Below are positions 36,369 through 45,885 of a stretch of 64,000 nucleotides of DNA, piece after piece (the stretch's first letter is position 1; each line of letters starts with the position of its first letter). Origin of the DNA: Escherichia phage vB_EcoM_ULIM9. Where the stretch lies: the sequence record OQ850288, one strand, 5' to 3'. The notes beneath the pieces were generated by a model. That model worked only from the letters and a program-made list of their open reading frames with translations. It was not told where the DNA came from and did no database searches. The position numbers and the translations under genes were made by a program.

Positions 36369-37475
36369 TTAGCCACCTTGAGCGTCAGCGCGAACATCTA
36401 CCAGCAACTGAGGACGAGTACAGTATGGCAGCATGTAAGAGTGAGCTTCGAAGTCAATACCTTCGTCACGGTCTTTTTCGTATTCAAATACGTACAGTTC
36501 CTGACCAAGTGTATTTGCGTAACCCATCTTAGGACATGGGCCATATGCCACTTCGAAGATGTTGTTAGCTTCACCCAGCATAGATACGTTAGGGAAGGCA
36601 TGACCAACACCAACAGTTGCTGCTACACTGTCAATGCTCACCAGAGTGTGAACATTACCACGCTTGTCTTTGAACTTACCGTTGTACTGGACAAACTTAA
36701 CACCACCGTAGTAGAAGGTGTTCATATGAGCCTGAACGCCGTCAGTACCACCAGTTCTCAGAGAACCAGTAATCTGTTGCCAAGCCAGCGGAGTCTGCTG
36801 TGCAAGATAAGCATCACGAATCTTCGGATGCTTGGTAAGTTTACTGAAGAAAGTTCTGTCAACAACTACGTGAATCTCTTCACCGTTGATTACAGTACCA
36901 GTCTTAGCTTCGTCTTCCATGTGCATACGTAGTTCTTCGATGTGAGCATCAATATCAGAGTTCGGATTGTCAAGGTCGAAGTAAACAGTCTTCTTCTCAA
37001 CGTCGAACTGCTTGTACAGGTCAGCGTACAGAGTACCACGAGCATCAACAACTTTACCCTTCAGAGCTTGCATAAACAGGAACTCACGAGTAATATCGAA
37101 CTTGGTACGAATCTTCATCAGCTTCTTAGCACGTACTACAGCTTCAGTAGTCAGTTCATTTGCAGTGCCTGGCTGACGTACACCCTGAATCTCATCAGGA
37201 GTAATGCTTTCAACTTCTTTGAAGTACATCATTGGGAAGCTGATTTGACGAACACGCTCAGGTGCGCTAGTCTCTGCTTTACGGCTATCACGGTCTACCG
37301 CATCAAGCAAGCTAACATCCCAATCTGTCAAGTCCATAAGGAAAGTAGTTTGGGTGATTGGTGCTGAACGGAACAGACCTAAGTTGGAAATATACCCATA
37401 AGTATTTGGGATAGACTGGACTTCACCAGTCAGGTCAGCAAGGAAAAATCTGCTTTTTTCAGAATTAGTCAACAT
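36369..37475 (-). CDS. major capsid protein
   Basis: 368 aa; follows protease and a small decoration-like gene; strong AGGAGG-type RBS region. Confidence 0.6.
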   Translation of the reverse strand: MLTNSEKSRFFLADLTGEVQSIPNTYGYISNLGLFRSAPITQTTFLMDLTDWDVSLLDAVDRDSRKAETSAPERVRQISFPMMYFKEVESITPDEIQGVRQPGTANELTTEAVVRAKKLMKIRTKFDITREFLFMQALKGKVVDARGTLYADLYKQFDVEKKTVYFDLDNPNSDIDAHIEELRMHMEDEAKTGTVINGEEIHVVVDRTFFSKLTKHPKIRDAYLAQQTPLAWQQITGSLRTGGTDGVQAHMNTFYYGGVKFVQYNGKFKDKRGNVHTLVSIDSVAATVGVGHAFPNVSMLGEANNIFEVAYGPCPKMGYANTLGQELYVFEYEKDRDEGIDFEAHSYMLPYCTRPQLLVDVRADAQGG

Positions 37476-37508
37476 TGTAAAATTCTCCAGAATGTCTTAT
37501 TATTGTTA

Positions 37509-37886
37509 TTACAGGCCAGTTGGTACGAAATCAATACCTTTAGCAGCCAGAGCTTTCTTGACTTCAGCAGCATCAACGCTTGATTCAAGAATTAGCAGGT
37601 CTTTTAGTTCTGCATCACGGTGGATACCAACAACTTTCAACTGACCGTGGTAAGACAGTTGCAGGTCTGCATAAAAGTTAACGATACATACAGAATCAGC
37701 CTGAGATTCTTCTCCTGCTGCAACTTTAGAGCCATCTGCTTTCAGAACTTCACCTACACGGTATTCTGTAGAAGCTTTTGGAGTGTACTCTTTGCGAGAG
37801 TGACCTGTTGGGGTAATCTGTTCCCAAAGAATGATATCATTCAGAGGTTCTCTGTTACCTAACTTAGTAAAACCTTGATATGCCAT
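37509..37886 (-). CDS. putative head decoration protein
   Basis: 125 aa; sits between prohead protease and major capsid genes. Confidence 0.35.
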   Translation of the reverse strand: MAYQGFTKLGNREPLNDIILWEQITPTGHSRKEYTPKASTEYRVGEVLKADGSKVAAGEESQADSVCIVNFYADLQLSYHGQLKVVGIHRDAELKDLLILESSVDAAEVKKALAAKGIDFVPTGL

Positions 37887-37897
37887 TATTGTGTTCC

Positions 37898-39244
37898 TTA
37901 TTTGATAAGAGATTTTAGAGCATTCTGGAGAGCCAGTTTGCGTTGTTCAGCGGTGTCTTCGGAAGCATTCTTAGCTGGTTCTTTTTCTTCTTCAACCAAA
38001 TCAGCTTCGCCGTCATTACCCACTTCTTCCATAGCGTTGGAATGTTCAAGAACAGCACCAGCAGTTTCTTTCAACTTGGTAATTTCTGATTCTTTTTCTT
38101 CCATTGCAGAAGCATGGGACGCGATAGTTTCATTAAGTTTCTGGTTAGCACCTTCCATAGCATTCATAAACAGAACGCTCAGAGGGTTATCAAGACCAGC
38201 ACCTAAAATAGTCGTTGCAGCTTCTTTTGCATCAAATCCAAAAGCTTCAGCAGAAGCAGAAATCTTATTAGTCAAATCTGACAAAGCAGCTTCCTGTTCT
38301 TTAGCTTTCATTTGAGCAACCTGAAGACGCAAAGCTTCTAGTTCTTGCTTTTCTTGTTCAGTCATTTCTTCACCTGAATTGTTAACGTTTAAACTTACAG
38401 GAGCCTCTTCAGAACCTTGTAAGTAATTTAAGAAATCATCTTGAGACATGATTGAGTTAATTAAACCAAGTTCAAGAGCTTCCTGAGCAGAATAAACATT
38501 CGCCTCAGTATTCTTTACAGCTTCTTCAGAGAGATTACGAGATTCAGCTACAAAACCTGTAAAGGTTGTGTAGGTATCATTAATTCTCTTTTGAAGTCTT
38601 TCTTTGCTTTCTTCTGAGAGTGCTTGGAATGGTGAACCCATACCTTTAAACTCACCAGCTTTGATGACGTTAATTGTTACGCCATTCTTTTCAAATGCCT
38701 TAGTTAATTCCTGATGAACCATAATTACACCAATAGAACCAACATCTGCATCTGGTGATGCAATAATTTCTTCAGCAGAAGATGCAAGAGCGTATGCAGC
38801 GGAACAAGCGAACTCATCTACATAAGCAATAATTTTCTTTTGGCCTCTTGAAGCCATAATGTGACGTGCTAATTCAAAGCAACCTGAAGCTTCACCACCA
38901 CCAGAATCAATGTGCAGAACGATAGTCTTAATTGACTCATCTGCTAAAGCTTCGTCAAAGCCTCTACGCAAACCTTCATAAGAGCTTAATCCACCTGTAC
39001 ACATTGCATCAATGAATGTCATACGATGGGTTAAACCACCCATAATAGGGATAATAGCAATGTCATCTTTTACTTTTAAAAGACTTCTTGCTTCACCTTT
39101 GGGTTTATCAAAGTTTACTGCTGCTTGGACATCACCCAGCAATCTGTTATTCACATAAGTTGCTGCTGAGTGAGCTAATGATTCAGTGGCTAGTAAAGGT
39201 TGGTTGAATAATCTATCAGCAAGTCTGAAGATATTCGAACTCAT
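37898..39244 (-). CDS. prohead protease (S49/ClpP-like) fused to acidic coiled-coil scaffold-like C-terminus
   Basis: 448 aa; N-terminal 270 aa carry peptidase-like blocks (HIDSGGGEASG, FACSAAYALASSAEEII); C-terminal 170 aa are E/K/A-rich. Confidence 0.55.
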   Translation of the reverse strand: MSSNIFRLADRLFNQPLLATESLAHSAATYVNNRLLGDVQAAVNFDKPKGEARSLLKVKDDIAIIPIMGGLTHRMTFIDAMCTGGLSSYEGLRRGFDEALADESIKTIVLHIDSGGGEASGCFELARHIMASRGQKKIIAYVDEFACSAAYALASSAEEIIASPDADVGSIGVIMVHQELTKAFEKNGVTINVIKAGEFKGMGSPFQALSEESKERLQKRINDTYTTFTGFVAESRNLSEEAVKNTEANVYSAQEALELGLINSIMSQDDFLNYLQGSEEAPVSLNVNNSGEEMTEQEKQELEALRLQVAQMKAKEQEAALSDLTNKISASAEAFGFDAKEAATTILGAGLDNPLSVLFMNAMEGANQKLNETIASHASAMEEKESEITKLKETAGAVLEHSNAMEEVGNDGEADLVEEEKEPAKNASEDTAEQRKLALQNALKSLIK

Positions 39245-39255
39245 TTTTACTCACC

Positions 39256-39588
39256 CTATTTGTTTAAATCTACAGAGACTGAAGAGATAACATAGATACC
39301 TTCTTCAGCAAAGAATTGAGGTTTGCTAAGAGCACCAGTTGCCACGCATTTATCGTTAGCATCCCACAAGCTATAGTGTGAGACCGTTGCAGAAGCTGGG
39401 ACAGTGATGTTAACTGTGTCTTCTGAGGCAATTAAGCCATTATCCGGTTCAGAAAAATAAATAGCCACTGGCTGAGTAACCTTATTTGCTGTAGGGTCTG
39501 CCGTTGGGTCTACATTGTGTAAAATAATAGTCGTTGGGGTTAGCGTGGCGAGGATTTTATTCTTACCATCAATAGTTAATGTTCCCAT
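39256..39588 (-). CDS. virion-associated hypothetical protein (110 aa)
   Basis: ORF track; in head module. Confidence 0.4.
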   Translation of the reverse strand: MGTLTIDGKNKILATLTPTTIILHNVDPTADPTANKVTQPVAIYFSEPDNGLIASEDTVNITVPASATVSHYSLWDANDKCVATGALSKPQFFAEEGIYVISSVSVDLNK

Positions 39589-40088
39589 TAATTAAACCTT
39601 ACTTTTTGTTTAAGGACTGTTGAATGGTTACCAGATTCATCTACCACATTTACAATCATAGCATATACTTTGCCTTTGACAAGTACTTTGTAATCATTTT
39701 GTGAAAAAATGTATTCAAGTCTGTTTGTTTCTTTATTAACTGTCATTGGAGATTGAAATGCAGTGTCGAGGGTAATGAAAGCGGCTTCAATGCTATTAAC
39801 ATTGATACGTTTATTCTCGCAGTTATATAACTTTACACCCAAAAGGCATGAACTGTCAAATGGAATTTTAACAATTTCACTACAATTTCCTGAAATAAAC
39901 GGTTTTCCACTCATTGGAGCATCAAGTAACCTGCAAATAGTGAAAACGTCAGAGGTTCCACCATCACTTACGTAACCTGAAAGGCTGACCCTTGAGCCAG
40001 CCTCTACAGATAATTTGTCAGTGATGATAAGAACACCTCTATACGAATGCACTCGTGTAGCATTTGAAATAGAGATAACTTCAGCCAT
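39588..40088 (-). CDS. virion-associated hypothetical protein (166 aa)
   Basis: ORF track; in head module. Confidence 0.4.
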   Translation of the reverse strand: MAEVISISNATRVHSYRGVLIITDKLSVEAGSRVSLSGYVSDGGTSDVFTICRLLDAPMSGKPFISGNCSEIVKIPFDSSCLLGVKLYNCENKRINVNSIEAAFITLDTAFQSPMTVNKETNRLEYIFSQNDYKVLVKGKVYAMIVNVVDESGNHSTVLKQKVRFN

Positions 40089-41563
40089 TATTTATTTGCC
40101 TTATTTGCTGTGCTTGGGTCTTTCGCTGAAGGTGTCTTTGCAGTACCTTCTCCAGCGGTCTTATAACCATCTCCTGAACGGCTTTGGCTATTTGGAGAAA
40201 GCTTTTCAGATACTGGCTGAGACTCATCAGCAGGAGGAAGACCAATATGCTCTCTAAGCTTGTTAGATAGCTCTTTGTCAACTTCCAAAGCACCTACTGC
40301 AACAGTCTTCTGGATATAAGAACCAATTACTTCAAGGTCTGGGGTTTCGATATCATCATATGTGATTTGTACATGTTCTTCATCGTCCCACATATTAAGA
40401 GCATAAGTCTGTGCAACTAAATCACGGTTAATTACGTTCTTAATTTGCTTCAGCAGAATATCTACTGACATTGCTAGTAAGCTTGTCTTAGAATCTGCAA
40501 GAGAGAATGAACCGTATTTTGACTGACCCATAGCAAGAATATCTGACATAAATGCCATCATAATCTGCTTAGAATATCTGTCAATAATAGAACCTGTATC
40601 GTATGCTTTAGCACCCTGTCTAGAAACTAATGAGAACTCAAAAATATCCTCTTTAGTATCTGGGTCGATATATCTAGGCCAGATTAAACCTGCTCTATCA
40701 TTAGCAATCATATCGTTAACAACAGTTTTGCAGTATTGTACGAAAGCTTTCTTTTCAGGTTCTGCATTTTCATCCAGATAATCTGGTGGTAAACCAATCT
40801 TTGGCATACCTACCAAGTCTCTTGAAACACCAACGGCTTCGTACTCTTCAATCTGAACTTTATACTTCCACGGTACATAGGCATTAAGTAATGGTGAACG
40901 ACCTTCTGGGTTTCCATATTCATCATCATACTTAAACAGCATGAATTTAGCTCGTGGAAGTTTTCTTGTTAGTGGCCTTTCTCCGAGATTAATTGCCCCA
41001 GCAATATGTGAAACATTTCTCAGATTCTGTCTAACACCAGTAACTTTTCTAAAGTCTTCGTCAAAATACCACTTATCAAGTGTTGATTGGTTTCTGATTG
41101 GTAATTTAGCCCATCCAATCAGACCATCATCAAATTTTGACTGGTACTTTCCTTTTTTACCCTGTCGCTTCTTATAAACTTTCTCGTTAACACAGAACCC
41201 ATAAGTGCAGAATGACATTACAGAATTAATAAAATCTGCCCAATCATGCTCCATGTCATCCATTAAAGAATTAAAGAAGTCTGCTCTTTCAAGCATTTTA
41301 GGGTCTTGCTCTTTTCCCTTTGGAGGTACGAATCTCCAGTTGACTTTTCTGACAAACATCTTAATAATATTTACAGATGCTGCTACAGCAGGGTCACGCA
41401 TCATTAATTGGAAAGTTTTAATACTTTCAGGGAACCTTAGTGCCTGACGAGGTTCTTCATAGATTCTTCCATTCTTAACCTTCAGACCCAAAGAACCTAC
41501 TTCACCCATTCTAAATGGTGGTAAGCTTTCTTGTGTTTCTGTAATATCTGCCATTCTTCTCAC
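40088..41563 (-). CDS. portal protein
   Basis: 491 aa; directly downstream of large terminase, upstream of protease. Confidence 0.6.
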   Translation of the reverse strand: MRRMADITETQESLPPFRMGEVGSLGLKVKNGRIYEEPRQALRFPESIKTFQLMMRDPAVAASVNIIKMFVRKVNWRFVPPKGKEQDPKMLERADFFNSLMDDMEHDWADFINSVMSFCTYGFCVNEKVYKKRQGKKGKYQSKFDDGLIGWAKLPIRNQSTLDKWYFDEDFRKVTGVRQNLRNVSHIAGAINLGERPLTRKLPRAKFMLFKYDDEYGNPEGRSPLLNAYVPWKYKVQIEEYEAVGVSRDLVGMPKIGLPPDYLDENAEPEKKAFVQYCKTVVNDMIANDRAGLIWPRYIDPDTKEDIFEFSLVSRQGAKAYDTGSIIDRYSKQIMMAFMSDILAMGQSKYGSFSLADSKTSLLAMSVDILLKQIKNVINRDLVAQTYALNMWDDEEHVQITYDDIETPDLEVIGSYIQKTVAVGALEVDKELSNKLREHIGLPPADESQPVSEKLSPNSQSRSGDGYKTAGEGTAKTPSAKDPSTANKANK

Positions 41564-41570
41564 CTAGCTA

Positions 41571-43187
41571 TCAACGTCTAAGCCCCTCATATGGGTTTCC
41601 TCTCACTAAATCTGTGTGAGCACCCATTGATGGTGGCTTGAATAATTTAACTTCGTTAAGACTGTTGAAAGCATCACTGGTAGCATCCACTTGGTCATCT
41701 TTAGTTTTACCGTCACCACAAAAGCCTTCAAGTTCTTGAAAGTAAGCTTCATTCCAACTACCTCTCAAGACTTTTACAAGTCCAGCTTCAGAAGCAGCAG
41801 AAAATCCCGCAAAGCGGGTAACTTTATCTTTATTTGTTGGTTTGGCTCTTGCTCGATAACCTTTCTCGGCAAGTTTCCTGATGAGGGATGTTGCGTAGGA
41901 TTTACCAGCAGCGCCTGGGTCTTGAGGGATAAAAATACCAGTTCGCTTACCGTCACTTTCAGCAGTCAAATTAATTTGTGTTTCGACTCCAGAGGGTCTA
42001 TCTCTAAATCTTACTACATCAATGATATAATAGCAACCGTCTTTTTTAGATTTACCCATCTTAACACCTGCTGTCCAGTCTGGATTAGGGTTAACCTCAG
42101 ATGGTAAAGTTGCTGCTAAGTCCCATGCTCTAACATCAAATACATCTTCTGGGAGTGAATCAACAATTTCACACCATTGTCTTTGCCAATAGTTTGAACC
42201 TTCTGCACGAGCCTTCCAGTTACCGAAACGAAGTCTTGCAACGTTTACAGGAGTGTTGTTTTCAAGCTTACCGCGATACTTTGGTTCTAAGAAGTCAAGA
42301 ATCGGGTTATCATCAATCGTACCAGAGATGAAGGTGTATGTTTGAGGAATCTCAAGAGGGAACATTTCAAGAATCTTGTCTCTCTCCCAATCAGAAACCA
42401 TCACACCATCATTCATTACATACCAACGAATACGACCACACTTTTCAGGGTCTGGATAACCTTCTTCATCTAAGAATGGCTCTACCCAATCGTAAATAAA
42501 GTGGTCTCTGTCTGGGTTCATGGAAATCTTCATGTATGAATCGCCTTCAGCACCAGAACGTAGACGGGTTTGTAGGTATGAAATCTGTGAAGCAGAGAAG
42601 TGTGTACCTTCGTCAAAGTAAATAGCTGAGTATTCAATACCCTGATGACCTTCAGCGTGCTTTTCAAGTTCTAGGTAGGTAAACTTGATAGTTGCCCCAG
42701 AAGGGAACGTGATAGTCATTTTCTGCTCGTGAGGAATCCCACCAAACTTACCAAATAGTTTCTTTGCAGCAGGCCATAAACCACCTTGTAGCTGTGTTGT
42801 ATTTCGACGGAAATATACAGCATTATAGTTAGGGTCTTCAATAAATCTTAAAGAGTCCATTAACAATGCAGCAGTTTTACCAGCACCAGCAGCACCACCA
42901 TAGAGAACCAAGTCAGCATTAGTATTTAAAAAGACCTCTTGAGAACCCGGTTGAGGGGCTACATAGTTCTTATCAGTCATCAATTTAAAGATGAGGCGAA
43001 CTTGGTCTGGTGTATATCTTAATAAAGTCAGAATTTGAGTTGGAAGGAATTTAGAGGGGTCTTTACCGAATGACTTGATAATTTCTTTTACTTCATCAGA
43101 AAGCCCCAACTCTCCAGCTAGGACTTTCCTAACATCTTCCACTCGCTTCTGCTTAACAGCATTTAAGTCCATTAAGCGCCTCCGCAA
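41571..43187 (-). CDS. terminase large subunit
   Basis: 538 aa; Walker A LVLYGGAAGAGKTAAL near N-terminus, acidic nuclease-like C-terminal half. Confidence 0.8.
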   Translation of the reverse strand: MRRRLMDLNAVKQKRVEDVRKVLAGELGLSDEVKEIIKSFGKDPSKFLPTQILTLLRYTPDQVRLIFKLMTDKNYVAPQPGSQEVFLNTNADLVLYGGAAGAGKTAALLMDSLRFIEDPNYNAVYFRRNTTQLQGGLWPAAKKLFGKFGGIPHEQKMTITFPSGATIKFTYLELEKHAEGHQGIEYSAIYFDEGTHFSASQISYLQTRLRSGAEGDSYMKISMNPDRDHFIYDWVEPFLDEEGYPDPEKCGRIRWYVMNDGVMVSDWERDKILEMFPLEIPQTYTFISGTIDDNPILDFLEPKYRGKLENNTPVNVARLRFGNWKARAEGSNYWQRQWCEIVDSLPEDVFDVRAWDLAATLPSEVNPNPDWTAGVKMGKSKKDGCYYIIDVVRFRDRPSGVETQINLTAESDGKRTGIFIPQDPGAAGKSYATSLIRKLAEKGYRARAKPTNKDKVTRFAGFSAASEAGLVKVLRGSWNEAYFQELEGFCGDGKTKDDQVDATSDAFNSLNEVKLFKPPSMGAHTDLVRGNPYEGLRR

Positions 43188-43193
43188 ATAGAA

Positions 43194-43394
43194 TTATTCA
43201 GAGTCTGTAGTAGTCTCTTCTTTCTTAACTTCGAACTTTGCATCAACAGCATCAAGAAGTGCATCCATAGATGCTTCTTTAATATCAATACCTGTTGCTA
43301 CAGATAGTCTGTCTGCAATTGCCATAATAGTATTCTGCATAAACTCTAACTTCTTGTTAGCTTCATAAAGTTCTTTATAAACGTTCTCGCTCAT
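43194..43394 (-). CDS. hypothetical protein (66 aa) upstream of terminase
   Basis: ORF track; too small for a typical small terminase. Confidence 0.35.
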   Translation of the reverse strand: MSENVYKELYEANKKLEFMQNTIMAIADRLSVATGIDIKEASMDALLDAVDAKFEVKKEETTTDSE

Positions 43395-43518
43395 TATGTT
43401 TTCTCCAAATAATTAATATTGTTTCCCCTTAAAAAAGACGGCACAGAGACCGTCAAGGAGAAACCACAATGTACGTCAGAGACATACTGTATAAGTCTTC
43501 CTATAAAGTATAACTCTG

Positions 43519-43580
43519 TAAAAAAGCCCTGTCTAAAAATACTCTTCGGTAGCGAAAGGAAGAATACTTATAGCAGGGCA
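43519..43580 (-). terminator. long hairpin plus U-tract downstream of the tRNA array
   Basis: AGCCCTG...CAGGGC outer stem (43525-43579); on minus strand followed by TTTTTT. Confidence 0.4.
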
Positions 43581-43605
43581 TTATTATTATTTTAATTGAG
43601 AGAGA

Positions 43606-43681
43606 GTAAAATAACTTGGAGAATCCGAAGGGACTCGAACCCTTATAAACCTGTTTTGCAGACAGGCACATAGCCATTTCT
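43606..43681 (-). tRNA. tRNA-Cys (anticodon GCA), CCA encoded
   Basis: Hand fold: acceptor GAATCCG/CGGATTC, anticodon loop CUGCAAA, T-arm with TTCGAGT. Confidence 0.55.
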
Positions 43682-43685
43682 GTCA

Positions 43686-43778
43686 CGGATTCAAATTGGA
43701 GGAAGATACCAGACTTGAACTGGTACACCGATTTCTCAGCTACTGGCAGTTTAGCAAACTGCTCCCTTACCTTTTAGG
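43686..43778 (-). tRNA. tRNA-Ser (anticodon GCU), type II long variable arm
   Basis: 93 nt; acceptor GGAAGAT/ATCTTCC, anticodon stem GCAGT/ACTGC with loop UUGCUAA, long variable arm, T-loop TTCAAGT. Confidence 0.55.
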
Positions 43779-43791
43779 GTTAATCTTCCAT

Positions 43792-44526
43792 TTATTTCTG
43801 TAATGCGCTCTTCATTTCTGGTGTTGCAATAGTGTCAATCACACCAGTTTTACAGGCATCGTCAAACCAGTCTGGTAAGATACCTGCTAAGAACCCATTG
43901 ATATTCGTTTTAAGGTACTCTGCAATAAGGGCAGCTTCTTCTTCAATCATCTGCACAACTTCATCTGCATAAGCTGTAATCTTTGAAATACCTTCATTAA
44001 TCTTACTGACAGCTTGGTTAGCTAAATCAGAAACAGTATCAAGACCCTTATCAATAGCATCTTGTAAGTCACTTAACACACCGTTAACACTGTCTAGTGT
44101 GCTGTTAATCATGTCAATAGCTTGCTGACCATACTCTGTAGCAACACCCATAATACCACTAAATGGTGTACAACCAACTTGTTCTCCTGCTGCACCCATA
44201 ACATTGGAATACCCCTTTGCTACCTGCATACGTGATGAAAACTCATCAATAGACTTTTGACCATAGTCTGTTAGGGTCTTAGTAGTTGCTGTAGTGCTTG
44301 TCAGGCTTGTTGTAAAGCTGTTTAGAAGGACTGTTGTAAGTCCAGCAGCAACAAGCTTCTCCTTCATTGTAGGGTCTGTTACAGAGCTAATAGAGCTTAC
44401 AAGTGATGTAGAGGCAGCTACGGTTCCACCGAGAACTGCTGCACCAGTAATAAGTGGGTTAGAAAACCCTTTACCGGTTTTTAAGAGATTAAAAATCTCC
44501 TTACCTTGTTCTGTCATCTCTTTCAT
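43792..44526 (-). CDS. hypothetical S/T-rich protein embedded in tRNA array
   Basis: ORF track frame 43792-44742 trimmed to Met at 44524-44526 (MKEMTEQ) because the upstream 72 codons run through two tRNA genes. Confidence 0.5.
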   Translation of the reverse strand: MKEMTEQGKEIFNLLKTGKGFSNPLITGAAVLGGTVAASTSLVSSISSVTDPTMKEKLVAAGLTTVLLNSFTTSLTSTTATTKTLTDYGQKSIDEFSSRMQVAKGYSNVMGAAGEQVGCTPFSGIMGVATEYGQQAIDMINSTLDSVNGVLSDLQDAIDKGLDTVSDLANQAVSKINEGISKITAYADEVVQMIEEEAALIAEYLKTNINGFLAGILPDWFDDACKTGVIDTIATPEMKSALQK

Positions 44527-44542
44527 TAAGCACCTTTGAAAT

Positions 44543-44618
44543 TGGTAGTCCAGTGGGATTTGAACCCTCTTCTCATGTTTTTCAGACACGCGCTTTACCA
44601 TATAAGCTACTTGGACTA
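44543..44618 (-). tRNA. tRNA-Phe (anticodon GAA)
   Basis: Anticodon loop CUGAAAA, T-arm GGTTCAAATCC. Confidence 0.5.
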
Positions 44619-44623
44619 TAAAT

Positions 44624-44699
44624 TGGGGTGACCTACGGGATTTGAACCCGTATAGACCATGTTCACAGCATGGGTCATTACCATTTATGATAAGGCCAC
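44624..44699 (-). tRNA. tRNA-His (anticodon GUG)
   Basis: Anticodon stem CCATG/CATGG with loop CUGUGAA; T-arm ACGGG/CCCGT. Confidence 0.55.
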
Positions 44700-44730
44700 A
44701 TTTAAGGACTCTCGTAAGAACCCTTAGAAG

Positions 44731-44806
44731 TGGCAGCGGCATAAGGATTTGAACCTTAATAGGACAGCTTCAGAGACTGCTGCATTGCCAGTTATGCTAT
44801 ACCGCT
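44731..44806 (-). tRNA. tRNA-Gln (anticodon CUG), tentative
   Basis: D-arm GCAT/ATGC, anticodon loop CUCUGAA, T-arm TAAGG/CCTTA. Confidence 0.45.
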
Positions 44807-44811
44807 AAAAT

Positions 44812-44882
44812 TGGTACTCCATATCGGATTCGAACCGATACATAACACAGATTTTAAGTCTGGCCTCTCTGCCAATTGGAGT
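44812..44882 (-). tRNA. tRNA, anticodon read as UAA (Leu-type) but short variable arm; isotype uncertain
   Basis: 71 nt; T-arm ATCGG/CCGAT perfect; anticodon loop CUUAAAA. Confidence 0.4.
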
Positions 44883-44892
44883 AATGGAGCAT

Positions 44893-44968
44893 TGGCGGGG
44901 GATGTTGGAATTGAACCAACTTCTTCGATTTCAAAGACCGAGGTTTTAACCTTGTAAACTAATCCCCT
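44893..44968 (-). tRNA. tRNA-Gln (anticodon UUG), tentative
   Basis: D-stem GTTT/AAAC, anticodon loop CUUUGAA, T-arm GTTGG/CCAAC. Confidence 0.45.
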
Positions 44969-44976
44969 TTAATTCT

Positions 44977-45534
44977 TTACTTTCTCAGTGGATGAATAAA
45001 GAATGCCAACATAACTCTTTCCCTTGAGAATGCTCTTTCTTCTGGGACAACACTTTTTAGTTTCCATCCAATATAAATTCTCCAGTAAAACTGTTTACCA
45101 AAGACTTTAATTGATGGGATAAAAGCGAATAATCCCCAAGCATTACTGTTCCACATTAGGAGATAACCAGTCTGATTATCTTCAGGGTCAGAACTTACGT
45201 TGATATTACCTTTCCACTTAGTAACATCTTTGACATCTCTTCCTAATACATGGTAAGAGAAGTTATAAGCTTTGTTTCTCCAGAGCCATCCGACTCTCTG
45301 CATGTAGACACCAAACTTACCAATCTTTCTAATCTTAGCCCATCTTTTAACGTGACCTTCATCACCATCAATCGGGTTGTCATAGGTTTCCATCCATCTG
45401 AATCCAAAAGGTAGATGTCCTTTCTTCTCACTGTAGAATGGAACTACGAAAGGTGCTAAGATGACTGCTAGGGTTGCTGCAAATGGTTCTAGTAAAGCTA
45501 GGAAAATCCATGAAGCATACTTCAAATATCTCAT
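44977..45534 (-). CDS. membrane protein embedded in tRNA array
   Basis: 185 aa; N-terminal hydrophobic helix (WIFLALLEPFAATLAVILAPFVVPF). Confidence 0.5.
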   Translation of the reverse strand: MRYLKYASWIFLALLEPFAATLAVILAPFVVPFYSEKKGHLPFGFRWMETYDNPIDGDEGHVKRWAKIRKIGKFGVYMQRVGWLWRNKAYNFSYHVLGRDVKDVTKWKGNINVSSDPEDNQTGYLLMWNSNAWGLFAFIPSIKVFGKQFYWRIYIGWKLKSVVPEERAFSRERVMLAFFIHPLRK

Positions 45535-45553
45535 CTAAATAGCCTCTTAAAAT

Positions 45554-45631
45554 TGGTGTTCCAAGACGGATTCGAACCGTCACTAATACAAGGTTTGAGC
45601 TTGCATCCTCTGCCAATTGGGATACTGGAAC
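45554..45631 (-). tRNA. tRNA, anticodon read as CAA; isotype uncertain
   Basis: T-arm GACGG/CCGTC; anticodon stem GCAAG/CTTGT with loop CUCAAAC. Confidence 0.4.
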
Positions 45632-45632
45632 A

Positions 45633-45707
45633 TGGTACTCACTAAAGGACTTGAGCCTTTTTCTTCATCTTGTAAGGGTGATGTTTTACCATATAAACTA
45701 AGCGAGT
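45633..45707 (-). tRNA. tRNA-Val (anticodon UAC), tentative
   Basis: D-stem GTTT/AAAC, anticodon loop CUUACAA, T-stem AAAGG/CCTTT. Confidence 0.45.
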
Positions 45708-45802
45708 GTGAAAGAGGTCTGAAGTTGTGCCGCTAACTCAACTCCGTGGAATTTGTTACGGTCTTCAGTTGACACCAGCGGTCTTTCACTTGACCTCTGA
45801 AT

Positions 45803-45879
45803 TGGTGCTGCTCACAGGACTCGAACCTGCATTTCCATCCTTACAAGGGATGTGTAATAGCCAATTATACGAAAGCAGC
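45803..45879 (-). tRNA. tRNA-Thr (anticodon UGU)
   Basis: Anticodon stem CATCC/GGATG perfect, loop CUUGUAA; T-loop TTCGAGT. Confidence 0.55.
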
Positions 45880-45885
45880 TTTATT

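Noticed and set aside
36378-38315. Plus-strand ORFs nested inside capsid, decoration and protease genes (36378-36932, 36942-37367, 37875-38315), and similar antisense ORFs elsewhere (24476-25003, 41691-42107, 30424-30714)
   Set aside because: Shadow ORFs antisense to well-supported structural genes; low-complexity translations without start signals.
43501-43728. 75-aa minus-strand ORF
   Set aside because: Overlaps tRNA-Cys, tRNA-Ser and the post-array hairpin; almost certainly a chance frame.
44527-44742. N-terminal 72 codons of ORF 43792-44742
   Set aside because: This extension reads straight through two tRNA genes (44543-44699); an internal Met with an upstream purine-rich RBS at 44524-44526 is the likelier start.
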